From NCBI RefSeq assembly GCF_008189525.1, contig NZ_CP043314.1:210001-242000 (forward strand): a DNA stretch of 32,000 nucleotides, read 5' to 3'. Numbering within the stretch: position 1 is the stretch's first letter; every line of letters begins with the position of its first letter. Made by a program: the position numbers and the translations under genes. The notes under the pieces are model-generated. The model saw nothing but the letters and a program-made list of their open reading frames with translations. It was not told the DNA's origin and made no database searches. Shown one piece after another: positions 8,305 to 17,360 of this stretch. Origin of the DNA: Candidatus Saccharimonadota bacterium (GTDB lineage Bacteria > Pseudomonadota > Alphaproteobacteria > CAJXXZ01 > 1604HC).

Positions 8305-9363
8305 ATGAAAAGAAGTAATCTGGATGTAATTTATAATATACTGGAAAAACAACAATACTCTGAATTACTAAAAAATAAGTTTAAGGATTTTCTGTTTTCA
8401 TTATTTTATAAAGAATGTAAAACGTACAATACGGTAGAGTCTTATTTCTTTGATATAAAGCTTTCGTTGGATTATTTTATTTCACAAAAAATTACTTTGA
8501 ATAATAAAGATAATACTAATAATAAAAGTGGTAAATCTTTTCAGATTGAGAAATGTTTGAGTAAGGAAATTGATAGTGCAGATAGTACATGTGAATCAAG
8601 TTATGAATTTTGTTTGTCAGATGTGGAAAAACTTACTTCATGGGATTTTAGGTCATTTTACCTTTATAGAAAAAATAAAACTAATATAAAATCTGTTTCT
8701 CAAAGAAGGTTGATATCTGCATGGAAATCATTTTTTGATTTCTTGGGGTTGAAAAATATTCTTTACGGACTAAAAATAAAAACGGACAAAACGTACCCAA
8801 AACCAGTTGAGTTAAGGAATATAGAAAAATTATTCGAAGTAAAAGAGGGTGATTGGGTCTCTTTTAGGAATAGGGCATTGTGGTCTTTGATGTACTGCTC
8901 TGGAATGAGGATAAGCGAGGTAATTGCACTTGATATAAAGCATTGGACAGAATGCAAAGACTCTATGAGAATTGTTGGTAAAGGGAATGTAGAAAGAGAT
9001 GTTCCTATTCTGCAATTTACGAAAGATTTTATTGATGAATATTTAAATCTACACCCTTATAGGAAAACTCAAGATTCGCCTTTGTTTTTTGGTAAGTCTG
9101 GGAAAAGATTAAACCCACAAACTGCTGCTCATACAATTAGGAGATTTAGAATTTCAAATGGAATTTCAGATAATCTTACGCCTCATTCACTGAGACATAG
9201 CTTTGCTTCTCATGTTCTGAATAATAGATGTAGTCTGAAAGATTTACAAAATGTTTTAGGACATAAAAACTTACAAACAACTAGTCAATATGTAGAAATA
9301 CAGGATAAGAATTTAGAAGAGTCATTTATGAAAATCATGGATGAAGATGAAGATTCTATTTGA
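8305..9363 (+). CDS. Tyrosine site-specific recombinase, XerC/XerD family
   Basis: RNRALWSLMYCSGMRISEV, VGKGNVERDVPI, TPHSLRHSFASH and LGHKNLQTTSQYV supply the R...HxxR...H...Y catalytic set. I cannot distinguish XerC from XerD by eye. Confidence 0.85.
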   Translation: MKRSNLDVIYNILEKQQYSELLKNKFKDFLFSLFYKECKTYNTVESYFFDIKLSLDYFISQKITLNNKDNTNNKSGKSFQIEKCLSKEIDSADSTCESSYEFCLSDVEKLTSWDFRSFYLYRKNKTNIKSVSQRRLISAWKSFFDFLGLKNILYGLKIKTDKTYPKPVELRNIEKLFEVKEGDWVSFRNRALWSLMYCSGMRISEVIALDIKHWTECKDSMRIVGKGNVERDVPILQFTKDFIDEYLNLHPYRKTQDSPLFFGKSGKRLNPQTAAHTIRRFRISNGISDNLTPHSLRHSFASHVLNNRCSLKDLQNVLGHKNLQTTSQYVEIQDKNLEESFMKIMDEDEDSI

Positions 9364-9450
9364 TTTATTGAATAATTATTATATACAGACTGTTTTATTG
9401 TTTATGTATTTTAATACAGCAAATGTATATGCTGATATATTAATCATGAA

Positions 9451-10593
9451 TTAGATGGGATTAATCAAAGGATATGGATCAGGTGCTTTGTATTCTTCTC
9501 CAACTAATTCTTGTAACTTATACTCTTCTATTTCATCTTCCAACGTTTTTAGAATTAGTGTTATTAAATCTTGATCTATTTTAGATTCCTTTAGGTAATT
9601 AAGATTTACTGTTAAAGAAAAATGCTTATAGAGTATTCCATATATATTCCAGAATTCATCATTTTTATAATCATGTTGATTCTGACTTTGATTATCACTT
9701 TCTAGTTTTATGTTATCTTTTAAAAGTAAGAATGATTCAGCACTTGTGTAAGAATGACCAATATACAAATCCAAATAATGTTGGTTAATGTGTTTATTTT
9801 GTTCTTCTTTACTTTGTTCTGCAGAAAGCTCTTTTGGAACAAACTTATTCATAGTTACCGGATCTAATATACCTTCTAAACTCATTTTACTTAATTCTAT
9901 TACTGCAAATAAATTTCCTATTGCTGTAAATTCATGTATTTCTTTGAAGGTGACTGATGATTTTTCTTCTTCTTCTGGGTTTTCTGGGTCCATACAGTAA
10001 ATCGAAAATGAAATTGGGCTTTTTGTATCTGAACTGTTGTCAAGGTTTGAAAAGAAATAAAAATTTCTATCATAGTTAAATATAGGTGAATATGCTACAT
10101 ATTCTTTGTGAAAAATTTCATTACTCTCGGGATTAAATGCATCTTGAATATTTAGATCTGAGGATTTAATGTAAAAAATATTTTCTGACCTGTTATGTTT
10201 TATGTCTTGGTAATTAATTTTGTAATTTTGTTTTAGAATGATTTTTGATTCTACATTGAATGGTCCAATATCTGGAGATAATGTGTAAACATCTGATAGT
10301 AAATATGGATTTGATTTATTTGTTACAATTTTTGTTATTTTTATGAATATTGAAGGAGAAATAATTTCTCCAATCCTATCAAAAGCTTCAGGTTTATCAA
10401 ATGTTTTTCTTATAATGTTTGGAAGATCAAGTATTTCTTTTGTTGGGTTATCTTGTTTTTGAAGGATTGATTCATAGTTTTTTGCTTCATTGTGCATAAA
10501 TTCTTTTGATAAATTTTTCGCGTTTGGTTTTATAGCTAAAACTATATACATTATTGTTAACATTGAAATTTTAAGCATTATGTATTCTAGCAT
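9451..10593 (-). CDS. Hypothetical protein with an N-terminal hydrophobic signal or anchor; no family recognised
   Basis: Long uninterrupted 380-aa ORF in AT-rich DNA. The N-terminus is MLKISMLTIMYIVLAI and the rest is hydrophilic. No motif I can name. Confidence 0.6.
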   Translation of the reverse strand: MLEYIMLKISMLTIMYIVLAIKPNAKNLSKEFMHNEAKNYESILQKQDNPTKEILDLPNIIRKTFDKPEAFDRIGEIISPSIFIKITKIVTNKSNPYLLSDVYTLSPDIGPFNVESKIILKQNYKINYQDIKHNRSENIFYIKSSDLNIQDAFNPESNEIFHKEYVAYSPIFNYDRNFYFFSNLDNSSDTKSPISFSIYCMDPENPEEEEKSSVTFKEIHEFTAIGNLFAVIELSKMSLEGILDPVTMNKFVPKELSAEQSKEEQNKHINQHYLDLYIGHSYTSAESFLLLKDNIKLESDNQSQNQHDYKNDEFWNIYGILYKHFSLTVNLNYLKESKIDQDLITLILKTLEDEIEEYKLQELVGEEYKAPDPYPLINPI

Positions 10594-10643
10594 TTTTTGA
10601 TTAATTTGTTGTTTATTTCTGTTTTTTTGCTAAGATTCTCTAT

Positions 10644-11609
10644 ATGAGCATATTTTATCAGTTAGATTTCGAAAGTGATATAAGGGAAATAGAACAGAAA
10701 ATTGTTGAGCTGAAAGAGTCTACTAATTGTGGTAAATCTAAGGTTTTAAATGAAATTTCTGTTTTAGAAGAAAAAAGAGATAAAAAGCTAGAAAAAATAT
10801 ATGCTAACCTTACTCCTTGGCAGAAAGTACAAATTGCTAGACACCCAGACAGACCAAAAGGTTTTTACTATATAAATGCAATTACTGAAGATTTTTTCGA
10901 ATTGTCTGGAGATAGGTGTAAAGGAAATGATAGGGCTATAGTTGCTGGTATAGCAAAATTTAGAGGCAGGAAAATTATGATCGCTGCTCAAGAAAAAGGG
11001 CATGATTCTAAAACTATGACAGAACATAATTTTGGAATGCCATTACCAGAAGGTTATAGAAAATTAGTTAGAGTTATGAAACTTGCTAATGAATTAAATC
11101 TTCCTTTTGTTTCATTGGTAGATACTGCTGGCGCTTCTCCAGGAATAGAGGCCGAAGAAGGTGGGCAAGGACATGCCATAGCTAGTGCAATTTCTGCTTC
11201 TTTTGAACTTGAAGTACCTAATGTTAGTGTAATAATCGGAGAGGGAGGATCAGGTGGTGCTGTGGCTTTAGCTTGTGCTAATTCTATAATAATGAACGAA
11301 CATTCTATATACTCAACTATTTCTCCTGAAGGTTGCTCTGCGATTCTTTGGAAGAATAAAGATTCTAAGAAAAAAGCTGCAGAAATGCAAAAACTTACAG
11401 CTCAAGATTTACTATCATTTGGTTTGATAGATAAGATAATAGATGAACCTTTGGGTGGAGCTCACAGAAATAAGGACAAAATGTGTGATAGAGTAGCTAA
11501 TTGCATAGAAGAAGAACTTGATTTACTTTCTGGTAAACCTTCTAGCTTTGTAAAGGCTTCTAGAGCTGAAAAATTCAAAAATATACACAAGAAATATGGA
11601 ATTATATAA
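10644..11609 (+). CDS. accA: Acetyl-CoA carboxylase carboxyltransferase alpha subunit
   Basis: LDFESDIREIEQKI, LTPWQKVQIARHPDRP, VDTAGASPGIEAEEGGQG, IGEGGSGGA and ISPEGCSAILWK are present. Confidence 0.95.
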   Translation: MSIFYQLDFESDIREIEQKIVELKESTNCGKSKVLNEISVLEEKRDKKLEKIYANLTPWQKVQIARHPDRPKGFYYINAITEDFFELSGDRCKGNDRAIVAGIAKFRGRKIMIAAQEKGHDSKTMTEHNFGMPLPEGYRKLVRVMKLANELNLPFVSLVDTAGASPGIEAEEGGQGHAIASAISASFELEVPNVSVIIGEGGSGGAVALACANSIIMNEHSIYSTISPEGCSAILWKNKDSKKKAAEMQKLTAQDLLSFGLIDKIIDEPLGGAHRNKDKMCDRVANCIEEELDLLSGKPSSFVKASRAEKFKNIHKKYGII

Positions 11610-11665
11610 ATATATAAAGATAGAAATGGTTTGGAGCTGTTTGGAGTGTTTAGTAATGGGGATTA

Positions 11666-11944
11666 ATGTTTAAAGTATTATATAAAATTTTATCTAGATT
11701 GCTTTATTTATCAATTTTGTTTTTTTGTCTTTTTTCTATAACGAAGATTAGTTTTGCCATAAAAGAAATTAATAAAGATATAGAGTTTGCAAATGTAAGT
11801 AAGAACAAATTGCATGAGAAAATAAGAATTTACGATTATGGTGTTAAGTACTTAGATAAGAAAATAGATATAGATTTGCTAGAAGAAGTTTCTATGTGGA
11901 TGCTTGGTTACATACCAAAGGGATTTAAAATTTTTCTACCATGA
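11666..11944 (+). CDS. Small bitopic membrane protein, probably a septum formation initiator (FtsB/DivIC family)
   Basis: 92 aa: one TM (LLYLSILFFCLFSI), a short coiled segment, then IDIDLLEEVSMWMLGYIPKGFKIF. This resembles the family signature DxDyiEexARxxLGxxxPgExv. GGGGA lies before the ATG. Confidence 0.45.
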   Translation: MFKVLYKILSRLLYLSILFFCLFSITKISFAIKEINKDIEFANVSKNKLHEKIRIYDYGVKYLDKKIDIDLLEEVSMWMLGYIPKGFKIFLP

Positions 11945-12013
11945 ATTGTAATGAATCTATTTTTTTGAATGGTTTGAGGAATAATTTTAAGAACTTTAAA
12001 CATAGTTATAATT

Positions 12014-12916
12014 TTGCTAGTAGTTTTGGTAAATCTGATTATGTTGGAAAATATACTGGAAAATGCAATGGGTGTTAAATCTATGAATAAGTTCAAATAT
12101 TCAAATGAATCTACTGATGAACATACATTTATATCTCAGAAGCCTAAGAGTACTTGGAGTGATTTCTTGTTTCTTAGATTATTAATGATAGGAATTTCTA
12201 TAAAATATCTGTTTGGAACTGAAAAAGTATATTTTCTGAATTTTATATTTATTATAACCATTTGTAGTTTTTTATTATTCTGTTTTGATTACATGAAGTT
12301 CTGTGATTTTTCATTAAAAAAAATTATAGATATTTATTCTTTGAACTGTTATTTCAATAATATAGAGGTAGGTTCATCTGATGTAGATTCGTTTCCCAAA
12401 AAAATTACTTATTTTAATAAAAGTGATCTGGAAGAAAGTCCTAAAGAAGACTTTAAAGAAGATTATAATGAGTCTGAGAGTCAAAAGAATTCTTATAAAA
12501 AATATTTGGATAAAGGTTTAGTTAATGGATATGAATATCAAAAATTAAACATATTTGTGGTTCAAATATTTATAGTTCGATTTGTAAGGAATTTTTTGAT
12601 TAGTAATGTTTTTCTGAAAAGTCTCGTTGTCAGTTTGGGAATTTTTATTTCTAGAAAATTTGAATCAGAGGGTGGTTTTCCAGCTGGTGTTTTGTTTGCT
12701 CTTGGTTTGAAAGAATTTAAATATAAGGAAATTTTGATTTACTTAGGAATTTTCATTTTCATTTTTGTGAATATCTTTCCTATGCTTTTCGGGAAGTACG
12801 TGTTTTATACATTCAAAGAACTTAAATTTATAAATTCAGTTTGGTTGAATGATCTAAGTGTGTTTTTCCTAACTGTATATTCAGTTTTGCATATGATAAA
12901 AAATTTGATCTTCTGA
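12014..12916 (+). CDS. Polytopic membrane protein; the C-terminal third is weakly MnhB/MrpB-like
   Basis: SEGGFPAGVLFALGL and WLNDLSVFFLTVYSV resemble the MnhB-domain PGGGFxGG and DxGVyl segments. It sits directly upstream of the MrpC- and MrpD-like genes. The start is uncertain (TTG 12014; ATGs at 12041, 12068, 12084). Confidence 0.35.
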   Translation: MLVVLVNLIMLENILENAMGVKSMNKFKYSNESTDEHTFISQKPKSTWSDFLFLRLLMIGISIKYLFGTEKVYFLNFIFIITICSFLLFCFDYMKFCDFSLKKIIDIYSLNCYFNNIEVGSSDVDSFPKKITYFNKSDLEESPKEDFKEDYNESESQKNSYKKYLDKGLVNGYEYQKLNIFVVQIFIVRFVRNFLISNVFLKSLVVSLGIFISRKFESEGGFPAGVLFALGLKEFKYKEILIYLGIFIFIFVNIFPMLFGKYVFYTFKELKFINSVWLNDLSVFFLTVYSVLHMIKNLIF

Positions 12917-13069
12917 TTCTTAATGAAAATAATTTAACTTTCACTTTGGTTTGTCATAGTTTTCAAAATCATTTATTAAATAATACTTATTAAGTAATTT
13001 ATTTATTAAATGACTATGATTCTTAATCAATCTATTTATATTGTATGCTTTTTGTGATTATCTAGTTTT

Positions 13070-13288
13070 ATGATTATTTTGTCAGCTTTTTTGATAGTGC
13101 TTACTGGAATATTTATGCTCTTTATGGGGAAAATAAGATCTGTAATAGGTGTTGGGCTGATAGGTCAGGGTGTTAATTTACTTATTATTTCTGTAAACAA
13201 GCCTGGGAATGTTTTGGTACAATCAATTGTTTTAACTTCTATAGTTATATCTCTTGGATTTATGGCAGTTCTTTTGAGAAGTGATTAG
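13070..13288 (+). CDS. MrpC/MnhC (NuoK-like) small membrane subunit, unusually short
   Basis: 72 aa with 3 TM segments. VIGVGLIGQGVNLLIISV and LVQSIVLTSIVISLGFMAVLL match the MnhC pattern (G.sLL..aiNL.i.. and pQAliLTAIVIsfa). An in-frame TGA at 13055 blocks any 5' extension. Confidence 0.55.
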   Translation: MIILSAFLIVLTGIFMLFMGKIRSVIGVGLIGQGVNLLIISVNKPGNVLVQSIVLTSIVISLGFMAVLLRSD

Positions 13289-13346
13289 GTTATATTGATT
13301 TTATTATTAGCTTGTTTGTGCTGTTTTGTAAAAGGATTGGGTTTTT

Positions 13347-15305
13347 ATGTTTAGAAAAAATATTTTAGAAAATTTAATGCAGAAAATAAAATCTATTAGT
13401 TTTCGTGTGCTTAAAAACATTGCTTTGCTTTTTAATAAAGTTGTTCATATCTTTCTTGCTACAAAAGAAATCCTTAATTTCACAATGTTTTTTATGTATA
13501 CCTTGGAATCTTTTTTGAAAAACATAAAGTTTAGAAAATTATGTCTGTTTTTAGGGATGGTTTTTGTAGTTTTGTTTGAAAATGAGCTGAGTTTGATTCT
13601 AATTTGGTTAATGATATTCTTCTCGGTTTTGAAATACAGATCTCCGATTTTTATTGTAATTATTTGTGTAATTATTTGTGGGCTAAAGAATTTTCACTAT
13701 ACTGGATTGGGTTTTAGTTATGATACTAAATCTAATTTAGGGTATTTGGCAAGGAATTATTCTGAGTCATTTTCTTACATTGAATATTCTTTAAAAACTA
13801 ATTATGCTCGAGTTATTTTCTGGTCTTCTTCTATAATTACATCTTTATCGCTGTTGCTTGATGTAAAGATAGGAAAGAATCCCATTCATGATATACATTA
13901 TATGGGTAAAAATTCTGATGTAGGTAGAGAAGAAAGTGATATTGTAGATATTTCTTCAGGTATTTTGTGCTCTATGTTTGGTATAATGAAAATACTTTCC
14001 ACAAATGATATTTTAAATACATATGTAGGATATGAAATTATTTTTGCAGGTATTTGTTTATGCTTAGCAAAAATACAGTACAAGCATTTAGTTTCTTATA
14101 TGAAATACCACTTAATAGCTTCTCTATTCATTCTGCTTGGAGTTGGGTATATTTATGGGCAGTCTGGAACTATGAATATAAAAGATGCTTTAAGTAGAAA
14201 TGTAGATTGCTCTGTTTTCATGTTAGGTTTGTTTTTTAAGTCAGCAATCTTGCCTACTGGATCTTGGGTTAGATTTTATTCAAAAATACCTTCTAGTCTT
14301 ATGTTCTTTATGTCAGCTATAATTACTAAAGTTCCTTTATACTCTATGTCAGTGTTTTTCAGTTTTAATCCAAGCTGCTTTTCTCCTAATTTCATAGTTC
14401 CGTATTTATTTGTTTTTAGTATGATTTATGGTGCTTTTCTGGCTTATAATTCTCACAAAACAAAGAAAATACTAAGCTTTCACATTACAAGTCAGGTTAG
14501 CGTTATTGCTCTTTTGATTTGCTTAGAATCTTATTTGTTTAATGGTTTGATTTGTAAAGATTGTTGTGAAATTGACTCATACTTTCTAGACAAAAATATA
14601 GTTTCTCCCAATGTTTCATTTGTTAATTCTTATAGTTCGTTTTTTGATCATAAAATTAGTATATGTGAAAGTAGCTTATCTTTCTTTGATTCGATATTAT
14701 TTAAATTCATTCCTAAGGAAAGTTTTATGCTTGCTTTGAGAAATAATTTTTTCTCTCTAATCTACACAATGCATCACATTTGGACAAAATCTACCTTATT
14801 TTTGTTTTCTGAAGAAAGTTTGTTTAATAAAAATTCAACTGTACAAAAAGATTTAATTTCACACAAATACTCTGTAAATAAACTTTCTACAAATGAGTTT
14901 GTTGCAGACTTTATATCTAAATTCTCTATTTTTTCATTGATGGGCGCTCCATTTACTTTTGGGTTTTTGGCAAAATCCCTAGGAATGATTTTAGTTTGTT
15001 TGTACGGGAATATCTTTTTTGTTTTAGGGTTTGCAATAACCAATCTGCTGACTTATATTTCCATGGAAAAGTATATGTTTATAAAAATATCTACTTTTAA
15101 TGGTTCCGATAATTTTAATAATGTAAGTGAAACAGAAGGTTCTTTAGAATCAGATAAGTGTTTTGATAAAAATATACAAAACTGCAGAAATATACAAAAT
15201 TCAAGCACTGGAAATAATGATCAAAACAATTCTCAAAAAATATTAATTTCTTTCATTTCTTTCATGGTGCATTTATCTCTAATATTGTTTGTTTTCTTTG
15301 CTTAG
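13347..15305 (+). CDS. MrpD/NuoN-like proton-antiporter membrane subunit (Proton_antipo_M family), highly diverged with insertions
   Basis: YVGYEIIF, KYHLIASLFILLGVGYIYGQSGTMNI, FFKSAILPTGSWV and AYNSHKTKKILSFHITSQVSVIAL line up with the family core (fWE, KY......lG..lyG.tGt.n, K.a..P.h.WlP, A..q.d.KrlLAySs..q.G). It is 652 aa, against roughly 490 aa. The true start may be internal. Confidence 0.55.
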   Translation: MFRKNILENLMQKIKSISFRVLKNIALLFNKVVHIFLATKEILNFTMFFMYTLESFLKNIKFRKLCLFLGMVFVVLFENELSLILIWLMIFFSVLKYRSPIFIVIICVIICGLKNFHYTGLGFSYDTKSNLGYLARNYSESFSYIEYSLKTNYARVIFWSSSIITSLSLLLDVKIGKNPIHDIHYMGKNSDVGREESDIVDISSGILCSMFGIMKILSTNDILNTYVGYEIIFAGICLCLAKIQYKHLVSYMKYHLIASLFILLGVGYIYGQSGTMNIKDALSRNVDCSVFMLGLFFKSAILPTGSWVRFYSKIPSSLMFFMSAIITKVPLYSMSVFFSFNPSCFSPNFIVPYLFVFSMIYGAFLAYNSHKTKKILSFHITSQVSVIALLICLESYLFNGLICKDCCEIDSYFLDKNIVSPNVSFVNSYSSFFDHKISICESSLSFFDSILFKFIPKESFMLALRNNFFSLIYTMHHIWTKSTLFLFSEESLFNKNSTVQKDLISHKYSVNKLSTNEFVADFISKFSIFSLMGAPFTFGFLAKSLGMILVCLYGNIFFVLGFAITNLLTYISMEKYMFIKISTFNGSDNFNNVSETEGSLESDKCFDKNIQNCRNIQNSSTGNNDQNNSQKILISFISFMVHLSLILFVFFA

Positions 15306-15453
15306 ATATGTGGTTTGTTTAATGGCTTATTTATGTGTATTTGTTTTTTCTAAATATTTCCAAAACCTGCTTTAAGTAATTTTTTTATATTATTTGAATG
15401 TTTTTGTTTTGAAAAGTTTTCTGAATGTTAGTTTTATGTTATGAATAAGTCCT

Positions 15454-16503
15454 ATGTCCTTTGGTGTTGTGACAAAATCAAGTCCTATTTACAGATACTC
15501 ATATGATAAGCCTGAAAGCAAGGTTGGTAAAATATTAACCTTGAGCGGTGTTTGGTCAAATGACAACCTTTCTTTTTTGCTTGAATTGCTTCCTGTGGAT
15601 AAAGTGGTTTTAGAAACAAAAGTAAATCCTAATATTGCGTATATTTTGAAGAAATATACAAAAGAAGTAATTTTTTTAGAATCTCAGAATTCTATCTCTG
15701 AAAGAATAAAGTTACAAAGTATAGATAATCGTTCTGGGAGTCTTATAGAAAAAGAAAGATCTTTTTTGGTTTCTATTTTTAAAATGAATACAAAAATTTT
15801 ACGAATAAATAAATTTTCAGAACCAAGGAAAGAAATATTTAGATTTTATTTCTATAAAGCTTTTATGAAAATAGGAAATGAAACTTTACCTTTAATGTTT
15901 TTGATATCTTCCATACTTGGTATAGCTATGGTTTTGGAGGGATATTCTCAATTAAAGTATATAGGAGTAGAAATGCTTACTATGCAATTTTTTGTAAAAT
16001 TTGCTATTAGAGAAATGATACCTGTGATAATTAGTATGCTTATGGCAAGTAAATCAGGAAGCTCTATCGCTTCAGTTTTCGCTTCTATGAATATAAGTGG
16101 AGAGTTTACTATGATGAAAATCATGAGAATAGGAAAGATGAATATATTAAAACCTTACTTCATTGTTTTCTTAGTGCTGTTTCCTCTTATGAACATACTT
16201 TCTATATTTTTCTGTTTAATTTTAGGAATGCTTGCTTACAAAATTCTTTTGAAGACAACTATAATTCTGGCAGTGGTAAGAACTGTAGAATATATAAGTT
16301 TGAGTAATTTTTTGATTTCAGAAGCAAAATCATTGCTTTTTGGTTATTGGACAGGTTTGTGTGTCTGTGCAGCAGGGATGTTTTATAATTACGGAACTGA
16401 AAATGTAGGTAAGTCTGTTACAAAAGCTGTGGTTTATAGTGTTTCAGGAATACTCTTATTGGATATATTTGTAATGTTTGTTTGTAATGTAATGAAGATT
16501 TAG
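15454..16503 (+). CDS. mlaE: MlaE-family ABC permease (phospholipid transport) with an ~100-aa N-terminal, possibly STAS-like, extension
   Basis: LGIAMVLEGYSQLKYIGVEMLTMQFFVKFAIREMIPVIISMLMASKSGSSIASVFASM matches the MlaE core (G.V.a.Qg...L..fGae......v.l...RElgPv.tal..aGr.Gsa.taeig.M). It is adjacent to an ABC ATPase and an MCE-domain gene. Confidence 0.8.
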   Translation: MSFGVVTKSSPIYRYSYDKPESKVGKILTLSGVWSNDNLSFLLELLPVDKVVLETKVNPNIAYILKKYTKEVIFLESQNSISERIKLQSIDNRSGSLIEKERSFLVSIFKMNTKILRINKFSEPRKEIFRFYFYKAFMKIGNETLPLMFLISSILGIAMVLEGYSQLKYIGVEMLTMQFFVKFAIREMIPVIISMLMASKSGSSIASVFASMNISGEFTMMKIMRIGKMNILKPYFIVFLVLFPLMNILSIFFCLILGMLAYKILLKTTIILAVVRTVEYISLSNFLISEAKSLLFGYWTGLCVCAAGMFYNYGTENVGKSVTKAVVYSVSGILLLDIFVMFVCNVMKI

Positions 16504-16694
16504 AGTTACTTTGTTCCTATTTTATTTAGTGTTAGATTTTTTTTACTAGATAAATGTGAATTGTTCAAGAGTTGTTTTTATAATTACGTGATAATTGATT
16601 AATAATCATCTGGAAGTTAAGTGATATATTTATTTTATTTAGATTGTTATTGTAATAACCGTTTTCTGTGTGATATTATCTTTTCTATAAATAT

Positions 16695-17360
16695 ATGCAA
16701 GTACTGAGTATAAAAGATTTAACAACTAGGTTCGGAGATAAATGTGTACATGACAATTTATCTTTTGGAATAAGAAAAGGTCAAATATTTTCTCTTATGG
16801 GATCTTCTGGAAGTGGAAAAAGCACTTTATTGAATTTGATTTTAGGAATAAAAAAAATTCAGCTAGGTGAGGTTTTTTGGTTTGGAGAGAAAAGTGATCC
16901 AGAGAAAATAAGAAAAATGATAGGATTTCAGCCTCAGAGTGGTAACTTAATAAGAGACTACAATGTTATAGAAAATGTAGCTTTACCAATTAGGATAAAT
17001 GCTGATCTTGAGTGGGATATTTGCTATGAGCTAGCTGCAATGAAAATAAAAATGGTTGGATTGGATGAGTGTGATTTTTTTAAATATCCACACATGCTTT
17101 CAGGTGGAATGACAAAAAGAGCAGCTCTTGCAAGAGCCATTGCTTTGGATCCAGATCTTGTTATATTAGATGAACCTCTGTCTGGTTTGGATTTTGAAAG
17201 TGCTAAAAAATTTCAGTCACTTATATGGGATTTAGTTCCAGAATTTACTATAATGTGTGTTACTCATGATTATATAAAATCTCATGAATATGCCGTCTTG
17301 GAAAATAAAAAAATAAGACTTTTAGAAGAGAATGATTTAAAGGAGAATTTCATTAAATGA
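16695..17360 (+). CDS. mlaF: ABC transporter ATP-binding protein, MlaF-like
   Basis: Walker A GSSGSGKSTLL, signature LSGGMTKRAALARA, Walker B LVILDEPLSGLD. Its stop overlaps the next gene start (ATGA at 17357-17360). Confidence 0.85.
   Translation: MQVLSIKDLTTRFGDKCVHDNLSFGIRKGQIFSLMGSSGSGKSTLLNLILGIKKIQLGEVFWFGEKSDPEKIRKMIGFQPQSGNLIRDYNVIENVALPIRINADLEWDICYELAAMKIKMVGLDECDFFKYPHMLSGGMTKRAALARAIALDPDLVILDEPLSGLDFESAKKFQSLIWDLVPEFTIMCVTHDYIKSHEYAVLENKKIRLLEENDLKENFIK

Noticed and set aside
6468-9363. A tRNA-Ser followed within 2 kb by a tyrosine recombinase, considered as a possible integrative island boundary.
   Set aside because: The recombinase has Xer-type motifs, not a phage-integrase layout. 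The intervening genes are core metabolism (rpiB, transaldolase). I saw no direct repeat of the tRNA 3' end and no cargo or phage genes.
9361-9363. Possibility of an alternative genetic code (TGA read as Trp, as in Mollicutes and some tiny endosymbionts), given the very low G+C.
   Set aside because: TGA ends well-aligned proteins at their expected C-termini (the xer-like ORF at 9361-9363 and mlaF at 17358-17360). Trp positions in conserved motifs, such as WCGPC and DQWGN, are TGG. All conserved genes are full length under code 11.
9417-9434. The palindrome CAGCA-AATGTATA-TGCTG just downstream of the Xer-type recombinase, considered as a possible dif site because of its TGTATA core.
   Set aside because: The arms are only 5 bp with an 8-nt spacer. 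A dif site has two ~11-bp arms around a 6-bp core with ATAA/TTAT inner positions. More likely it is a weak bidirectional terminator between convergent genes, or chance.
11908-12096. A 62-aa minus-strand ORF spanning the ftsB-like 3' end and the start of the 12014 ORF.
   Set aside because: It overlaps two same-strand + genes, has no SD and no recognisable motif. It is most likely spurious.
16633-16648. An exact 16-mer, TTTTATTTAGATTGTT, shared between the mlaE-mlaF spacer (16633-16648) and the groES-groEL spacer (1489-1504). A related TTTTATTTAGTGTT lies at 16520-16533.
   Set aside because: At this base composition my rough estimate is that a few exact 16-mer coincidences are expected by chance in 32 kb, and the word is low-complexity T-rich. 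It is noted inside other findings but not treated as a dispersed element without a genome-wide count.
17084-17092. ATATCCACA, an 8/9 match to the DnaA box TTATCCACA.
   Set aside because: It is a single copy inside the mlaF coding sequence, with no cluster and no adjacent AT-rich unwinding region or dnaA/dnaN context.
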